Shown: positions 20,776 through 30,472 of the stretch, piece after piece
How positions within the stretch are numbered: position 1 is the first letter of the stretch
How the letters are laid out: each line of letters begins with the position of its first letter
Source of the DNA: Cylindrospermopsis raciborskii Cr2010
GTDB taxonomy: Bacteria > Cyanobacteriota > Cyanobacteriia > Cyanobacteriales > Nostocaceae
NCBI RefSeq assembly: GCF_003367075.2
Contig: NZ_CP065936.1
Coordinates: 330,001-362,000, forward strand
Reading direction: 5' to 3'
Length of the DNA: 32,000 nt
Notes under the pieces: model-generated
Seen by the model: only the letters and a program-made list of their open reading frames with translations
Told to the model about the DNA's origin: nothing
Database searches by the model: none
Made by a program: the position numbers and the translations under genes

Positions 20776-22416
20776 CTACCTGTTGACTTTAAGTGGGGAA
20801 AGAGAACGAAAATGACTAGTTGCTATTTCTAAATGTTTAATTAGGGTAGATGGTGGTAATGGTCCTTGTAGGTGATTCCAAGGGAGGATTTGCTGGGGTG
20901 ACCAGTGACTATGAACGTAAAAGTCTAAATCGGGAATTTTACCTTTTAATTCCTTAAATGCTCGTTTATAACTTCCTAAAGAGTCACCAAAATTACGGGT
21001 TAGTTCTAACAAATAAGAAAGACGACGGTCTCCCCTAGACAACAAAGACTGAATCACAGACCAATTATAACTTTCGGGACGAAAATCTATACCTTGGGGT
21101 TTTAGTTGTTTTTGTAAGAACTGTAACCTCTTTTCCGCACTCTTGTTAACTCCAAACCATTGGAACGGAGTATGGGACTTAGGAACAAAGGTGCTACATC
21201 CTAGAGTTAATCGTAATCCGGGGGTAGCCTTTTTTATATCTCTCATCATAGTCACCGTAGCATCTAAATCTTCAGGTTCCTCCCCGGGAATACCCACCAT
21301 GCCATATAATTTTAACCCTGATAAACCCCCAGCTTTAGCATTAATAGCAGCTTGAATAATTTCTTTATTATCTAATTTTTTATTAATAATCTGGCGGAGT
21401 TTTTCTGAACCACTCTCTACAGCAATGGTCAAAGAATGGCAATCTCTTGTGGCTAAAGTATGAGCTAATTTTTGGGTAACCGTATTGGTTCTTACAGAAG
21501 CAACACTCAATCGCACATCATCATATTTAGGTTGACTAATATAATCCAAAAGGTCAGAAAATTCTGGATGTTGAGTTACAGATGCACCCAGTAAACCTAG
21601 ACGATTAGTAATTTTTAAACCCTGTTCAATAGCAGGAATTAAAGAACCTTCCAAACTGGCGGTTCTAAAGGGCAAAGTTAAATAACTGGCTAAACAAAAC
21701 CGACACATTTCCGGACAACTGCGCACCACCTCCACCATGAAAATATTTTCCCATGCTGCTTTTTGTGTCACCACTGTGGAAACCGAAAGATTATTTCCTC
21801 TATAGGTCTGCTTGTGAACAAGGGGAGGAATATCAACCTCCAGAGGGTAAATAGCCTTGATTTCCCCATCTTCACCCCAATATTCAACATCATATAAACT
21901 GGGAATATAGATTCCCGGTACTTGAGCTAAGGTTCTAAGTTGAACACTTTTAGGAGCTTGTCTAACTTGCTTATAACAATCAATAAAACTCTCTAATAAA
22001 GTCTCTCCATCACCCAATAGCACCACATCAAAAAAATCAGCAAAGGGTTCGGGATTAGCAGTTAAAACCGGACCACCACCAAAAACCAGCGGATATTCCA
22101 AACCCCGATTACTTGCACGTACAGGAATTTGTAAAGACTCTAAAATCTGCAAGATGTTCACATAATCCAATTCCCAGGACATGGAAAAACCAATAATTTC
22201 CGCTTGTCTAGGGAGAGGTTCTTGCACATCGGTAAATAAGCGACTTACTTGTAGATCATTGCGCATTGCTAAAGTTGCCCATACCACCTGATAACCAAGA
22301 CTAGTGATACCCACAGTGTATTCATTGGGGAAGGCAAAAATCACAGGGATAGGATTAGTGCTGGGTTGAGCTGGGGTAAATAACAGACGTTCGGACTCAA
22401 ATACGGATGGTGTCAC
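20776..22416 (-). CDS. Radical SAM protein with N-terminal B12-binding-like domain
   Basis: Cluster-binding CPEMCRFC (CX3CX2C), PLVFGGGPVLTANPEPFADFFDVVLLGDGE, GMVGIPGEEPEDLDATVTMM. Confidence 0.92.
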   Translation of the reverse strand: MTPSVFESERLLFTPAQPSTNPIPVIFAFPNEYTVGITSLGYQVVWATLAMRNDLQVSRLFTDVQEPLPRQAEIIGFSMSWELDYVNILQILESLQIPVRASNRGLEYPLVFGGGPVLTANPEPFADFFDVVLLGDGETLLESFIDCYKQVRQAPKSVQLRTLAQVPGIYIPSLYDVEYWGEDGEIKAIYPLEVDIPPLVHKQTYRGNNLSVSTVVTQKAAWENIFMVEVVRSCPEMCRFCLASYLTLPFRTASLEGSLIPAIEQGLKITNRLGLLGASVTQHPEFSDLLDYISQPKYDDVRLSVASVRTNTVTQKLAHTLATRDCHSLTIAVESGSEKLRQIINKKLDNKEIIQAAINAKAGGLSGLKLYGMVGIPGEEPEDLDATVTMMRDIKKATPGLRLTLGCSTFVPKSHTPFQWFGVNKSAEKRLQFLQKQLKPQGIDFRPESYNWSVIQSLLSRGDRRLSYLLELTRNFGDSLGSYKRAFKELKGKIPDLDFYVHSHWSPQQILPWNHLQGPLPPSTLIKHLEIATSHFRSLSPLKVNR

Positions 22417-22455
22417 AGATGTGCAATAGTTTGTTCTACTGGTCTTACCATTATA

Positions 22456-23367
22456 TCACAATATTTTACCAGTAAAATCTAAAATGTGCTGTGCCGTAAT
22501 TTCTGGCTTTTCTACATGAGGAATGTGACCACAGTCGGGAATCCAAATTAATTGACTTTGGGGAATTGCTTGTCTAAATTTATCCCCATCCTTCGTCCCT
22601 AGTATTCTATCACTGTCTCCCCATAAAATTAGGGTTGGTTGCCCAATTTTCCCTAACTCCTCTAATTTAAAGGCTTGATAACCACCACTTTGGGTAAAGG
22701 TAATTAATGATTCCTTCCAATTTGCCATTTCTATGTGCAGGTCACGACAACATAAGGTGTCATCATTAATTAAATTGGGATTTTTGTAAGCAGAACGGCA
22801 AATGCGATCGCGCACTTGGGAATTACGCAAAAACTCTGCTGCTAATGAGTATAGTTGGGGGAACATTAATTTACTTAAAGCCGAACCCCCTTTTAAACCA
22901 GCACTATCAATTAAGATTAGCTTTTGTACCAATTCAGGATAGGTAAGAGCAAAATCAATAGCTGCTGCGCCCCCCATAGAAGCTCCTAGCAGAATCACAG
23001 GTTGACCAATAAGGGTTTTCCAAAAATGATACAGATGGGTTTTAATCGCAGCAGGACTATACCCAATATCCCGTTGTCTTTCGGTAAAACCAAACCCCAG
23101 CAAATCTACCGCCCAAGTTGGATGGGTAGGAGCTAACAAGGGCAAAAGTCGGCGGAACTCCAAAACCGAACTATCAAAACCATGAATTAATAATATGGGG
23201 GTGTTCCCACTACCCTGGACGACATAGCTAGTCCTAATTGGTTGGGGACTTAAAGGAGTAATCATCTCCTCAATTTGGATACTTTGAGCTAAAGCTACAG
23301 AAGTTGGTTCCGAGAGTTGTTCAATAGCTGACGGCAAAAAAATCATTCTGTCCCAAGAGGTAGTCAT
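22456..23367 (-). CDS. Alpha/beta hydrolase
   Basis: PILLIHGFDSSVLEFRRLLP, nucleophile elbow GASMGG, LILWGDSDRI, IPDCGHIPHVEKPE. Confidence 0.93.
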   Translation of the reverse strand: MTTSWDRMIFLPSAIEQLSEPTSVALAQSIQIEEMITPLSPQPIRTSYVVQGSGNTPILLIHGFDSSVLEFRRLLPLLAPTHPTWAVDLLGFGFTERQRDIGYSPAAIKTHLYHFWKTLIGQPVILLGASMGGAAAIDFALTYPELVQKLILIDSAGLKGGSALSKLMFPQLYSLAAEFLRNSQVRDRICRSAYKNPNLINDDTLCCRDLHIEMANWKESLITFTQSGGYQAFKLEELGKIGQPTLILWGDSDRILGTKDGDKFRQAIPQSQLIWIPDCGHIPHVEKPEITAQHILDFTGKIL

Positions 23368-23489
23368 TAGTTATCAGATTGTAACTTTGGCATTATGAAT
23401 TTGGGCGCTGACTTTCTTATAAAGAAACTATAGGTATGTAACACCTTTTAATCATTAAGTCTGGTTTATCATTAACACTGGAGTATGTC

Positions 23490-23690
23490 ATGTTAAAACC
23501 AAATACCCTATCCCATATCCTACCAGAGTTGTCTGTGGAAGAACAACAACTAATTTCTGGGGGTGGACATTGGAAAAAATTCCCCTACCATGGTCATTAC
23601 CGTCCGTGGCATCGTCATGACCACAGAGTATATTATTACAATTCTTCCTGTAATAATAACTGTGGATATGATGACAGATGCTGCGACTAG
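23490..23690 (+). CDS. Small double-glycine-leader peptide, 66 aa: leader MLKPNTLSHILPELSVEEQQLISGG, core GHWKKFPYHGHYRPWHRHDHRVYYYNSSCNNNCGYDDRCCD
   Basis: Leader resembles GG-type bacteriocin/C39-processed leaders (LSxEEQQxISGG). A GGAG-like ribosome-binding sequence lies just upstream (ctggagtatgtcATG). The composition is non-random (6 His and 4 Cys in 41 aa). Confidence 0.72.
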   Translation: MLKPNTLSHILPELSVEEQQLISGGGHWKKFPYHGHYRPWHRHDHRVYYYNSSCNNNCGYDDRCCD

Positions 23691-23696
23691 TCAAAT

Positions 23697-24578
23697 TCAG
23701 TAACTATGGATCCACTCTTGTAAAAGAGAATTTACCAATTCAGGAGCTTCATCCTGGGGACAATGTCCCACTCCTTCCAGAGGAATAAATTTTTGCACCT
23801 GGGGAAAATTGGCTAACTCCCTACCTAGATCGATTGGTTCCCAGGGGTCAGCCGTTCCCCATAAAATGATTGCCTGACAAGGTAATATCGGTAACAAGTC
23901 CTCCGGTAAGGGTCCGCTGGAATAGTTGGTGAAGGCTAAGAATACATCAGCAGCACCAGGGTCTCTTGCTGGTTTCATCAAAATATCTACCAATTCATCC
24001 GTAACTGCTTCTTTAACATTATAAGCTTGCAAAAGAATTCTTTTGATGGTTTTGGGTTGAGCTAGTTGACTAAAAAAGAAGTTGCCAATGGATTTAATAG
24101 ATAGGAATTTTTGTAACAGGGGGGTTCCTACCCGCCTAATCCAGGGTAAATTTTGCCGTTTGCGGTCATGTAATAATCTCAGGGAGCAATTTAGTAAAGC
24201 AATTGATAAAGCTATATCCGGACTGCTAATAGCTGCCTGCATTGCTACAATACAACCAATAGAGTTACCAACTAAAAATGCGGGCTTGCCTACTACTTGT
24301 TGACAAAAGTCAACTATTTGCTTTCCCCAAGTTTCTAGGGTGTAAGTGATTTTTTCATTGGGTTGGGGTTTAGCAGAAGCTCCAAAACCAATTAAATCAA
24401 TGGCGTACACCTGACAAGTTTCCGCAAGGACAGGTATGTTTTTGCGCCAGTGTCCCCAAGAAGCACCAAATCCATGTACTAAAATTACCGCTGGTCCTTT
24501 AGTCCCTTGCATTTGATAGGATATAGGTAGTCCTTGCCAAAACCAAGTTTTTGTAGATGTGAATGTGGTAGAATTCAT
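23697..24578 (-). CDS. Alpha/beta hydrolase (second copy)
   Basis: PAVILVHGFGASWGHWRKNIP, GNSIGC elbow, IILWGTADPWEP, EGVGHCPQDEAPE. Confidence 0.93.
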   Translation of the reverse strand: MNSTTFTSTKTWFWQGLPISYQMQGTKGPAVILVHGFGASWGHWRKNIPVLAETCQVYAIDLIGFGASAKPQPNEKITYTLETWGKQIVDFCQQVVGKPAFLVGNSIGCIVAMQAAISSPDIALSIALLNCSLRLLHDRKRQNLPWIRRVGTPLLQKFLSIKSIGNFFFSQLAQPKTIKRILLQAYNVKEAVTDELVDILMKPARDPGAADVFLAFTNYSSGPLPEDLLPILPCQAIILWGTADPWEPIDLGRELANFPQVQKFIPLEGVGHCPQDEAPELVNSLLQEWIHSY

Positions 24579-24768
24579 AAGTTGTCAGCTCAAAAACTGC
24601 CAAGGCAAAAAAATGGGTTTAAATAATGTTACAAATTACAAATCATAAACTATAAATGTAAAAATAACAATAAGTTACAAAAATCAATTTAGGACTAGAC
24701 ACAGATTGCCACTCTACTGCTATCTTAAATTGGAGGCAATTGCAACTTATTTCATAAAGCGTAACTTC

Positions 24769-25497
24769 ATGGGAACGAATTACCAACGGGTTTTACTGAA
24801 ACTGAGCGGTGAGGCCTTAATGGGCAACTTGGGCTATGGCATTGATCCAGAAGTAGTCAAGGGAATAGCTCAAGAATTAGCAGAGGTCGTGGCCACTGGT
24901 GTTCAAGTCGCTATCGTGGTTGGTGGTGGCAACATTTTTAGGGGCGTTAAAGCAGCATCAGCAGGTATGGACAGGGCAACTGCTGATTATATAGGAATGA
25001 TTGCCACAGTAATGAATGCCATGACTCTACAGGACTCCCTAGAGAGGATAGGAGTACAAACAAGAGTACAAACTGCGATCGCCATGCAAGAGGTGGCTGA
25101 ACCATATATTCGTCGTCGTGCCATCCGTCATTTAGAAAAAGGACGAGTGGTAATTTTTGGTGCGGGTTCAGGAAATCCTTTCTTTACCACGGACACCACT
25201 GCTGCTTTAAGAGCAGCGGAAATCGAAGCAAATGTGATTTTTAAGGCTACTAAGGTAGACGGTATCTACAACGCAGACCCTAAAGTTCATTCCGACGCCA
25301 AACGCTATAAAACCCTCACCTATGGTCACGTTTTGGCGGAGGATTTGCGAGTGATGGATAGTACCGCAATTGCCCTATGTAAAGAAAATAATATTCCAAT
25401 TCTCGTCTTTGACTTAACGGTACGGGGAAATATCCGTCGCGCAGTCATGGGAGAATCTATTGGTACTCTTGTGGGAGGTTCTTGTGAAATTAGCTGA
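24769..25497 (+). CDS. pyrH: UMP kinase (probable start [11 protein letters not shown] at 24769)
   Basis: [61 protein letters not shown]. Confidence 0.98.
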   Translation: MGTNYQRVLLKLSGEALMGNLGYGIDPEVVKGIAQELAEVVATGVQVAIVVGGGNIFRGVKAASAGMDRATADYIGMIATVMNAMTLQDSLERIGVQTRVQTAIAMQEVAEPYIRRRAIRHLEKGRVVIFGAGSGNPFFTTDTTAALRAAEIEANVIFKATKVDGIYNADPKVHSDAKRYKTLTYGHVLAEDLRVMDSTAIALCKENNIPILVFDLTVRGNIRRAVMGESIGTLVGGSCEIS

Positions 25498-26032
25498 AGC
25501 TGAAAGTACAATGAATAAGACCGTTGAAGCTACGCAAAGAGCTTTCAACAGCATTCGCACCGGTCGTGCCAATGCTAGTTTGCTAGATAAAGTACAAGTC
25601 GACTATTATGGATCCCCTACTTCCCTGAAATCCCTGGCCAACATTACTACACCGGATGCAACAACTATTCTCATCCAACCCTATGACAGAACCAGTCTGA
25701 ATATAGTGGAAAAGGCTATCTCCTTGTCTGATGTAGGTCTAACTCCTAGTAATGATGGTTCTGTGATTCGCCTAAACATACCACCTTTAACATCTGACCG
25801 GCGTAAAGAATTAGTTAAACTAGCTGCCAAGTATGCTGAAGAAGGTCGGGTAGGAATTCGCAATATTCGACGTGATGCTCTAGACTCAATCCGCAAGCAG
25901 GAAAAAGCGGGGGAGGTTTCAGAAGACGAATCCCGGGATCAGCAGGACAAATTGCAAAAGATCACCAGCAAATATACTGCGAAAATTGATGAATTGCTTG
26001 CAGAAAAGGAGAAAGATATTACTACAGTGTAG
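25484..26032 (+). CDS. frr: Ribosome recycling factor (probable GTG start VKLAEAEST at 25484, overlapping the pyrH end by 14 nt)
   Basis: [34 protein letters not shown]...[17 protein letters not shown]...[18 protein letters not shown]. Confidence 0.98.
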   Translation: MKLAEAESTMNKTVEATQRAFNSIRTGRANASLLDKVQVDYYGSPTSLKSLANITTPDATTILIQPYDRTSLNIVEKAISLSDVGLTPSNDGSVIRLNIPPLTSDRRKELVKLAAKYAEEGRVGIRNIRRDALDSIRKQEKAGEVSEDESRDQQDKLQKITSKYTAKIDELLAEKEKDITTV

Positions 26033-26090
26033 ATGGGGTGGGGGGTCATGAGATCTCTAAAAACCCCATAACCCCCACTCCTATTGGAAT

Positions 26091-26561
26091 TTATTCCTCT
26101 TCATCGCTGTCTAAATCGTCATCATCATCAGTTTCTAAACTGTCATCATCACCATCAGTCTCGGAAGATAGTAGTTTTTTATCACTTTCACTTAGTTGAA
26201 TCAGGTGAATATGTTTATAACCCAGACGAATTTCAAATTCATCTCCGGGTTTTAAACCCATGGCCTTGGTGTAAGTAGCACCAATGACAATTTGACGGTT
26301 TTGATGGACACTTACACGATAGGTTGGTTCTCTTCCTCTTCCATCTTTCGTTGATTCTGGACTGAGGGGAATACCTCTAGCAGATAACAAAGCATCATAA
26401 AAATCCGTGAGGTTAACACGCACCTGATTATTTTTAGTTACGGTGTAATACCCACATTGCTTTGCTCTTTCTCGGCGGGGTAAATTGGAAAGTTCTTTTA
26501 CCCTAGACAGCAATGCTTTTCCTGTTAATGGGGCACTTGCGGTTTCAGTCATTATGCTCAA
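26091..26561 (-). CDS. AbrB-like transcriptional regulator (cyAbrB family)
   Basis: ALTGKALLSRVKELSNLPRRERAKQCGYY, YRVSVHQNRQIVIGATYTKAMGLKPGDEFEIRLG, acidic C-terminus. Confidence 0.92.
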   Translation of the reverse strand: MSIMTETASAPLTGKALLSRVKELSNLPRRERAKQCGYYTVTKNNQVRVNLTDFYDALLSARGIPLSPESTKDGRGREPTYRVSVHQNRQIVIGATYTKAMGLKPGDEFEIRLGYKHIHLIQLSESDKKLLSSETDGDDDSLETDDDDDLDSDEEE

Positions 26562-26843
26562 AATTCCCTTAATCTATGCAAACAGATCATGTAAAGTAGT
26601 CTAGTTTTACATTTAGCTTGCAGCCAATGTTCATAGCTACTTAAAACTTGCAGTTTAACTGTGAATTACCTGCTTATATTATCAGCCCTGTCACCTTCAT
26701 TTGGGTTATTCGCTCTGTGAGAGGTTTATCCAGGGACATTTATGAGGTGATTCTACAACACTTTCAACCATTATTCACCATCAGCAAAAACTGACCTTAA
26801 TTTTTGGGCGCTCCCAAAGTGATGTAATGCCAGTGGTGTAATT

Positions 26844-26996
26844 TTAAGGCACCTTTGCAAATTGGGCTAGTTCCACTCCTAAAAAGTGGTAGATACGATA
26901 AGTCGCAGGGTTTTCACTTTTAGTTCTTGCTGTTGAGTTGTAGGTTGGTACCCACTCCCCATCTTGAGCTAGAACCCAGTATTCTCTAAAGCACAT
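26844..26996 (-). CDS. Possible small ORF, 50 aa: MCFREYWVLAQDGEWVPTYNSTARTKSENPATYRIYHFLGVELAQFAKVP
   Basis: Not in the supplied ORF track (below its length cut-off). Open from ATG to TAA in an otherwise empty intergenic region of about 800 bp. Confidence 0.35.
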   Translation of the reverse strand: MCFREYWVLAQDGEWVPTYNSTARTKSENPATYRIYHFLGVELAQFAKVP

Positions 26997-27369
26997 ACAC
27001 CCGTTGATCTGACCTGGAAAATTTAGAAAATTCTCCCAGTCTGTTTATCAACAAAGCACTATCAACCGCACTTGTACGACTGTTAGTCCTGCTCTTGGTG
27101 CAGTTTCATATCAAATACTATCATGAATCAATAGTAGCAAAATATTTCTTTAATTGAAAAAACAATTTACAATTTATTATCTATCCATTAGACATCTCCC
27201 CCAGAGGGGTCATTTATCAAGTCATCGCAAAAGTCGCGGGCATTTTTTCTGAGGTTTATGCTCCTGGATCTATATTTATATAATAAGGATGAGTCTATTG
27301 ATTATTATCTGGCAATCTGGGTTAGATGGAGCAGCCAGGTTTTTTAAAAATAAAACAGGAGCCTTATAT

Positions 27370-28383
27370 ATGGAAGTTATTTTGCAGATTATTCGTCAGC
27401 AACCCAATTCTACTCCCGTGGTTCAATCCTATAATCTACAGGTGGATCCCGGAAATACAATCTTGGATTGTCTTAATCGTATTAAGTGGGAACAAGATGG
27501 AACTTTGGCATTCCGCAAAAACTGTCGTAATACTATTTGTGGTAGCTGTGCTATGGTGATTAATGGACGTTCCGCTTTAGCTTGCAAAGAAAATGTTGGC
27601 AGCGAACTGGCTAGGTTAACAAATATTTCTGCTTCTGTTTACCCGGTGGATCATCATACCATTAATTCAATTACCGTCGCCCCCCTGGGAAATATGCCTG
27701 TAATTAAGGATTTGGTGGTGGATATGACCAGTTTTTGGGATAATCTGGAGGCGGTTACACCATATATTAGTACAGCAGCACGACAAATCCCAGAAAGGGA
27801 ATTTCTTCAAACCCCCCAGGAGCGATCGCTTTTAGACCAGACGGGAAATTGTATTATGTGTGGTGCATGTTATTCCGAGTGTAATGCTCGTCAGGTCAAC
27901 CCAGATTTTGTTGGTCCCCATGCTTTAGCTAAAGCCTATCGTATGGTAGCAGATTCCCGTGATGACAATCAAGAAAATCGCTTGGAAGAATATAATCATA
28001 CAACTCAAGGTGTGTGGGGTTGCACTCGCTGTTTCTATTGTGATTCTGTATGTCCCATGGGAGTAGAACCTTTAGCACAAATCAACAAAATCAAACAAAA
28101 GATTTTAGAACGTAAACAAGCTAATGAAAGTCGTTCTATTCGCCACCGTAAGGTACTGGTAGATTTAGTTAAACAGGGAGGATGGATAGATGAGCGTCAG
28201 TTTGGAGTACAAGTGGTTGGCAATTATTTTCGCGATCTCAAAGGACTACTTTCTCTAGCTCCCCTGGGTTTAAGAATGTTAGTCCGAGGCAAGTTTCCTC
28301 TTTCCTTTGAGCCATCAGCAGGTACCCAGGAAGTAAGATCTCTTATAGAGTCCATCCAAAAGGAGGAATCAAAATCACATTAG
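27370..28383 (+). CDS. sdhB: Succinate dehydrogenase/fumarate reductase iron-sulfur subunit (probable start MEVILQIIRQ)
   Basis: 2Fe-2S CRNTICGSCAMVINGRSALAC, then 4Fe-4S CIMCGACYSECNA and GCTRCFYCDSVCPMGV. Confidence 0.9.
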   Translation: MEVILQIIRQQPNSTPVVQSYNLQVDPGNTILDCLNRIKWEQDGTLAFRKNCRNTICGSCAMVINGRSALACKENVGSELARLTNISASVYPVDHHTINSITVAPLGNMPVIKDLVVDMTSFWDNLEAVTPYISTAARQIPEREFLQTPQERSLLDQTGNCIMCGACYSECNARQVNPDFVGPHALAKAYRMVADSRDDNQENRLEEYNHTTQGVWGCTRCFYCDSVCPMGVEPLAQINKIKQKILERKQANESRSIRHRKVLVDLVKQGGWIDERQFGVQVVGNYFRDLKGLLSLAPLGLRMLVRGKFPLSFEPSAGTQEVRSLIESIQKEESKSH

Positions 28384-28922
28384 GATATATTTAATTTTTG
28401 ACCAAATCGGTCACAAACCAAAATATCCCATTGTCCATCATTGGTGAACTCAAATGCAATTCTATTGCCATCAGCACTAATGGTGGGATTGCGGAATTGA
28501 GCTACTAAATTGGTGGTTAAGTTACGAGATTGGCGTGTTTCTCTATCATAAAGAAAAATGCCAGATTTTCCTTGACGACTAGCAGCAAAAACAACATAAC
28601 GACCATCCTGACTTACCGCAGGATGGTCAGCCATGGTGTCAAAGGTATTCAGTCCAGGTAAATCTACTAGACTCCTAGTAATTGTGTCAAATAAATACAC
28701 ATCTTGGCTACCCCCACGGTCAGTAACAAACACAATATATCTACCACTAATCTGTGGGTTAAACTCAGAAGCTAAACTGTTTAAACCACGACCACCAGAG
28801 TCAAAAGGATAACTTAATATTCGCGGGTAACCAAAACATCCAGCTAACAAACCTGAGATCAAAACCAAGCTCAAGAGTAAAATGGCAGATGACCTAGATA
28901 ACTTATGTAAATTATATAACAT
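28380..28922 (-). CDS. TolB-like beta-propeller lipoprotein (probable start MLYNLHK)
   Basis: Lipobox LLAGC; repeats YIVFVTDRGGSQDVYLFD, YVVFAASRQGKSGIFLYD, RIAFEFTNDGQWDILVCDR. Confidence 0.82.
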   Translation of the reverse strand: MLYNLHKLSRSSAILLLSLVLISGLLAGCFGYPRILSYPFDSGGRGLNSLASEFNPQISGRYIVFVTDRGGSQDVYLFDTITRSLVDLPGLNTFDTMADHPAVSQDGRYVVFAASRQGKSGIFLYDRETRQSRNLTTNLVAQFRNPTISADGNRIAFEFTNDGQWDILVCDRFGQKLNIS

Positions 28923-28935
28923 ACCACCCTTCAGA

Positions 28936-29448
28936 CTAATTTCCCACCGCCCTACCATTAGGAATATCTAACTCCACAGTTGGTCCACGATCTAAAACTT
29001 CAATATCCCATTGTCCACGACCAGCAGATTGGAAGACAATATAACGCCCATCAGGACTAATATCCGGATTTTTAATCCAACCCCCGTATGTGGGAGTTAA
29101 CACTTGTGACCGTTTTGTAACCCGGTCATAAAGAGCTATCACTGGTTTAGCGCGATCGCTTGTTAAATAGCAAATATAACGACCAGTGTAGCTAAGACTA
29201 GGATTTTCCACAATAGTTTCTCGTCGGTTTAAACCAGAAATGGGAGCAAAGCCTTGATTTTGCAAATCATAGACCAATAACTGCTGACTACCACTACGAT
29301 TAGAAACAAAAGCTAGAAACTTTCCATCACCACTCAAAGCAGGATCCTGTTCTGTATAGCGGGTATTGACCGAAAAAATATCCATCCTCACTTCACCAGT
29401 GCCACAAGAGACCAGTAAAATAGCCAGTGCCAAAATTAGGACTTGCAT
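28936..29448 (-). CDS. TolB-like beta-propeller lipoprotein (probable start MQVLILALA)
   Basis: Lipobox LLVSC; FLAFVSNRSGSQQLLVYDL, YICYLTSDRAKPVIALYD, YIVFQSAGRGQWDIEVLDR. Confidence 0.82.
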   Translation of the reverse strand: MQVLILALAILLVSCGTGEVRMDIFSVNTRYTEQDPALSGDGKFLAFVSNRSGSQQLLVYDLQNQGFAPISGLNRRETIVENPSLSYTGRYICYLTSDRAKPVIALYDRVTKRSQVLTPTYGGWIKNPDISPDGRYIVFQSAGRGQWDIEVLDRGPTVELDIPNGRAVGN

Positions 29449-29512
29449 GAAAAAGTGAGGAGGGGGAAAAAAGAACCGAATTAGATGCACAGCAGATTCA
29501 AATTACGCGTAA

Positions 29513-30403
29513 TTAACTAATATCATCCAAATCATCAGAATTATCTGGTTTTCGGGTTGGTGTTTCTATGGGATTATAGGGTACATAATCAGCATTAATG
29601 GGCTCATCAGACATAAAAGACTCCACGGGGGGACGACGCCTTCTTGGTCTGGTGGGGGGTTCATTCTGAGGAAATTCTGGAGATTGAGGTTTACGAGGAC
29701 GAGACGGTTTTCTGGTTTCTGAACGGGGAGATTCCCAGTCATCAACTGGTCTAGGAGGAGCGCCCCAATTTTCATCAGACTCATAACTATTAGGACGGTT
29801 TGAGGAGCTTCCATAACCAGTGCGGCCTTTTTTAGTTCGTGAATCTGGTTGTTCCCGACCACTACGACGTGGTGTCCTTTGGGGAGTGTCTTCGTAGTTC
29901 TCTTGACTGGGACGATCATCCCGACTACCGCGAATTCTAGGACGTTGGGGGGGTTCCACTTCTTCCTCTTCGTAGTATGGTAGTGGATCTAGATCTTCAT
30001 CTACTTCTGCTTGATAATTACGACGTTGAGAATAAGAATATTTTTTACTAACTTCCCGCTCATCATCTACAATGGGCGTATTACGTTTAGCTTGTTGAGT
30101 AGCAATACTCCTTAACCTAATACTTTCAACTGCAAAAAATACTGTAGAGCCAACCAACAGCAACTGGCCAAATTGCAAAATCGGGTCAAGTCGCCACCCT
30201 TGAAAGATAAGAATAAACCCGCACAATAGTCCAACAGCGGCGAAAAATATATCCTGATCCCGTGAAAGTTCGGGACGCACAGTACGTAGGAAATACAGTG
30301 CTGCTCCAGCTACTGCTAGAAAAATTCCCAGCACACTAGCTGAATTAGCCCCGAAATTTACCTGAGCTAGAAGACCAGTCCCATTGATCCCAAAATTTAT
30401 CAT
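29513..30403 (-). CDS. ycf66: Ycf66 family protein with Arg/Pro-rich C-terminal tail (probable start MINFGINGTG)
   Basis: MINFGINGTGLLAQVNFGANSASVLGIFLAVAGAALYFLRTVRPELSRDQDIFFAAVGLLCGFILIFQGWRLDPILQFGQ. Confidence 0.88.
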   Translation of the reverse strand: MINFGINGTGLLAQVNFGANSASVLGIFLAVAGAALYFLRTVRPELSRDQDIFFAAVGLLCGFILIFQGWRLDPILQFGQLLLVGSTVFFAVESIRLRSIATQQAKRNTPIVDDEREVSKKYSYSQRRNYQAEVDEDLDPLPYYEEEEVEPPQRPRIRGSRDDRPSQENYEDTPQRTPRRSGREQPDSRTKKGRTGYGSSSNRPNSYESDENWGAPPRPVDDWESPRSETRKPSRPRKPQSPEFPQNEPPTRPRRRRPPVESFMSDEPINADYVPYNPIETPTRKPDNSDDLDDIS

Positions 30404-30424
30404 TGCTCTTTTCCTTGTGATATC

Positions 30425-30452
30425 AATGACTGATGAGGGTTCATCAGTCATT
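30425..30452 (-). promoter_or_regulatory. Perfect 12-bp inverted repeat between psbX and ycf66
   Basis: AATGACTGATGA-GGGT-TCATCAGTCATT, read on the + strand. Confidence 0.6.
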
Positions 30453-30472
30453 AGTTAACCTGTCTACATTGT

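Noticed and set aside
23488-23694. Minus-strand ORF of 68 aa over the GG-peptide gene
   Set aside because: It is a mirror frame; the plus-strand product has a recognised leader motif and an upstream ribosome-binding sequence, while this one has neither.
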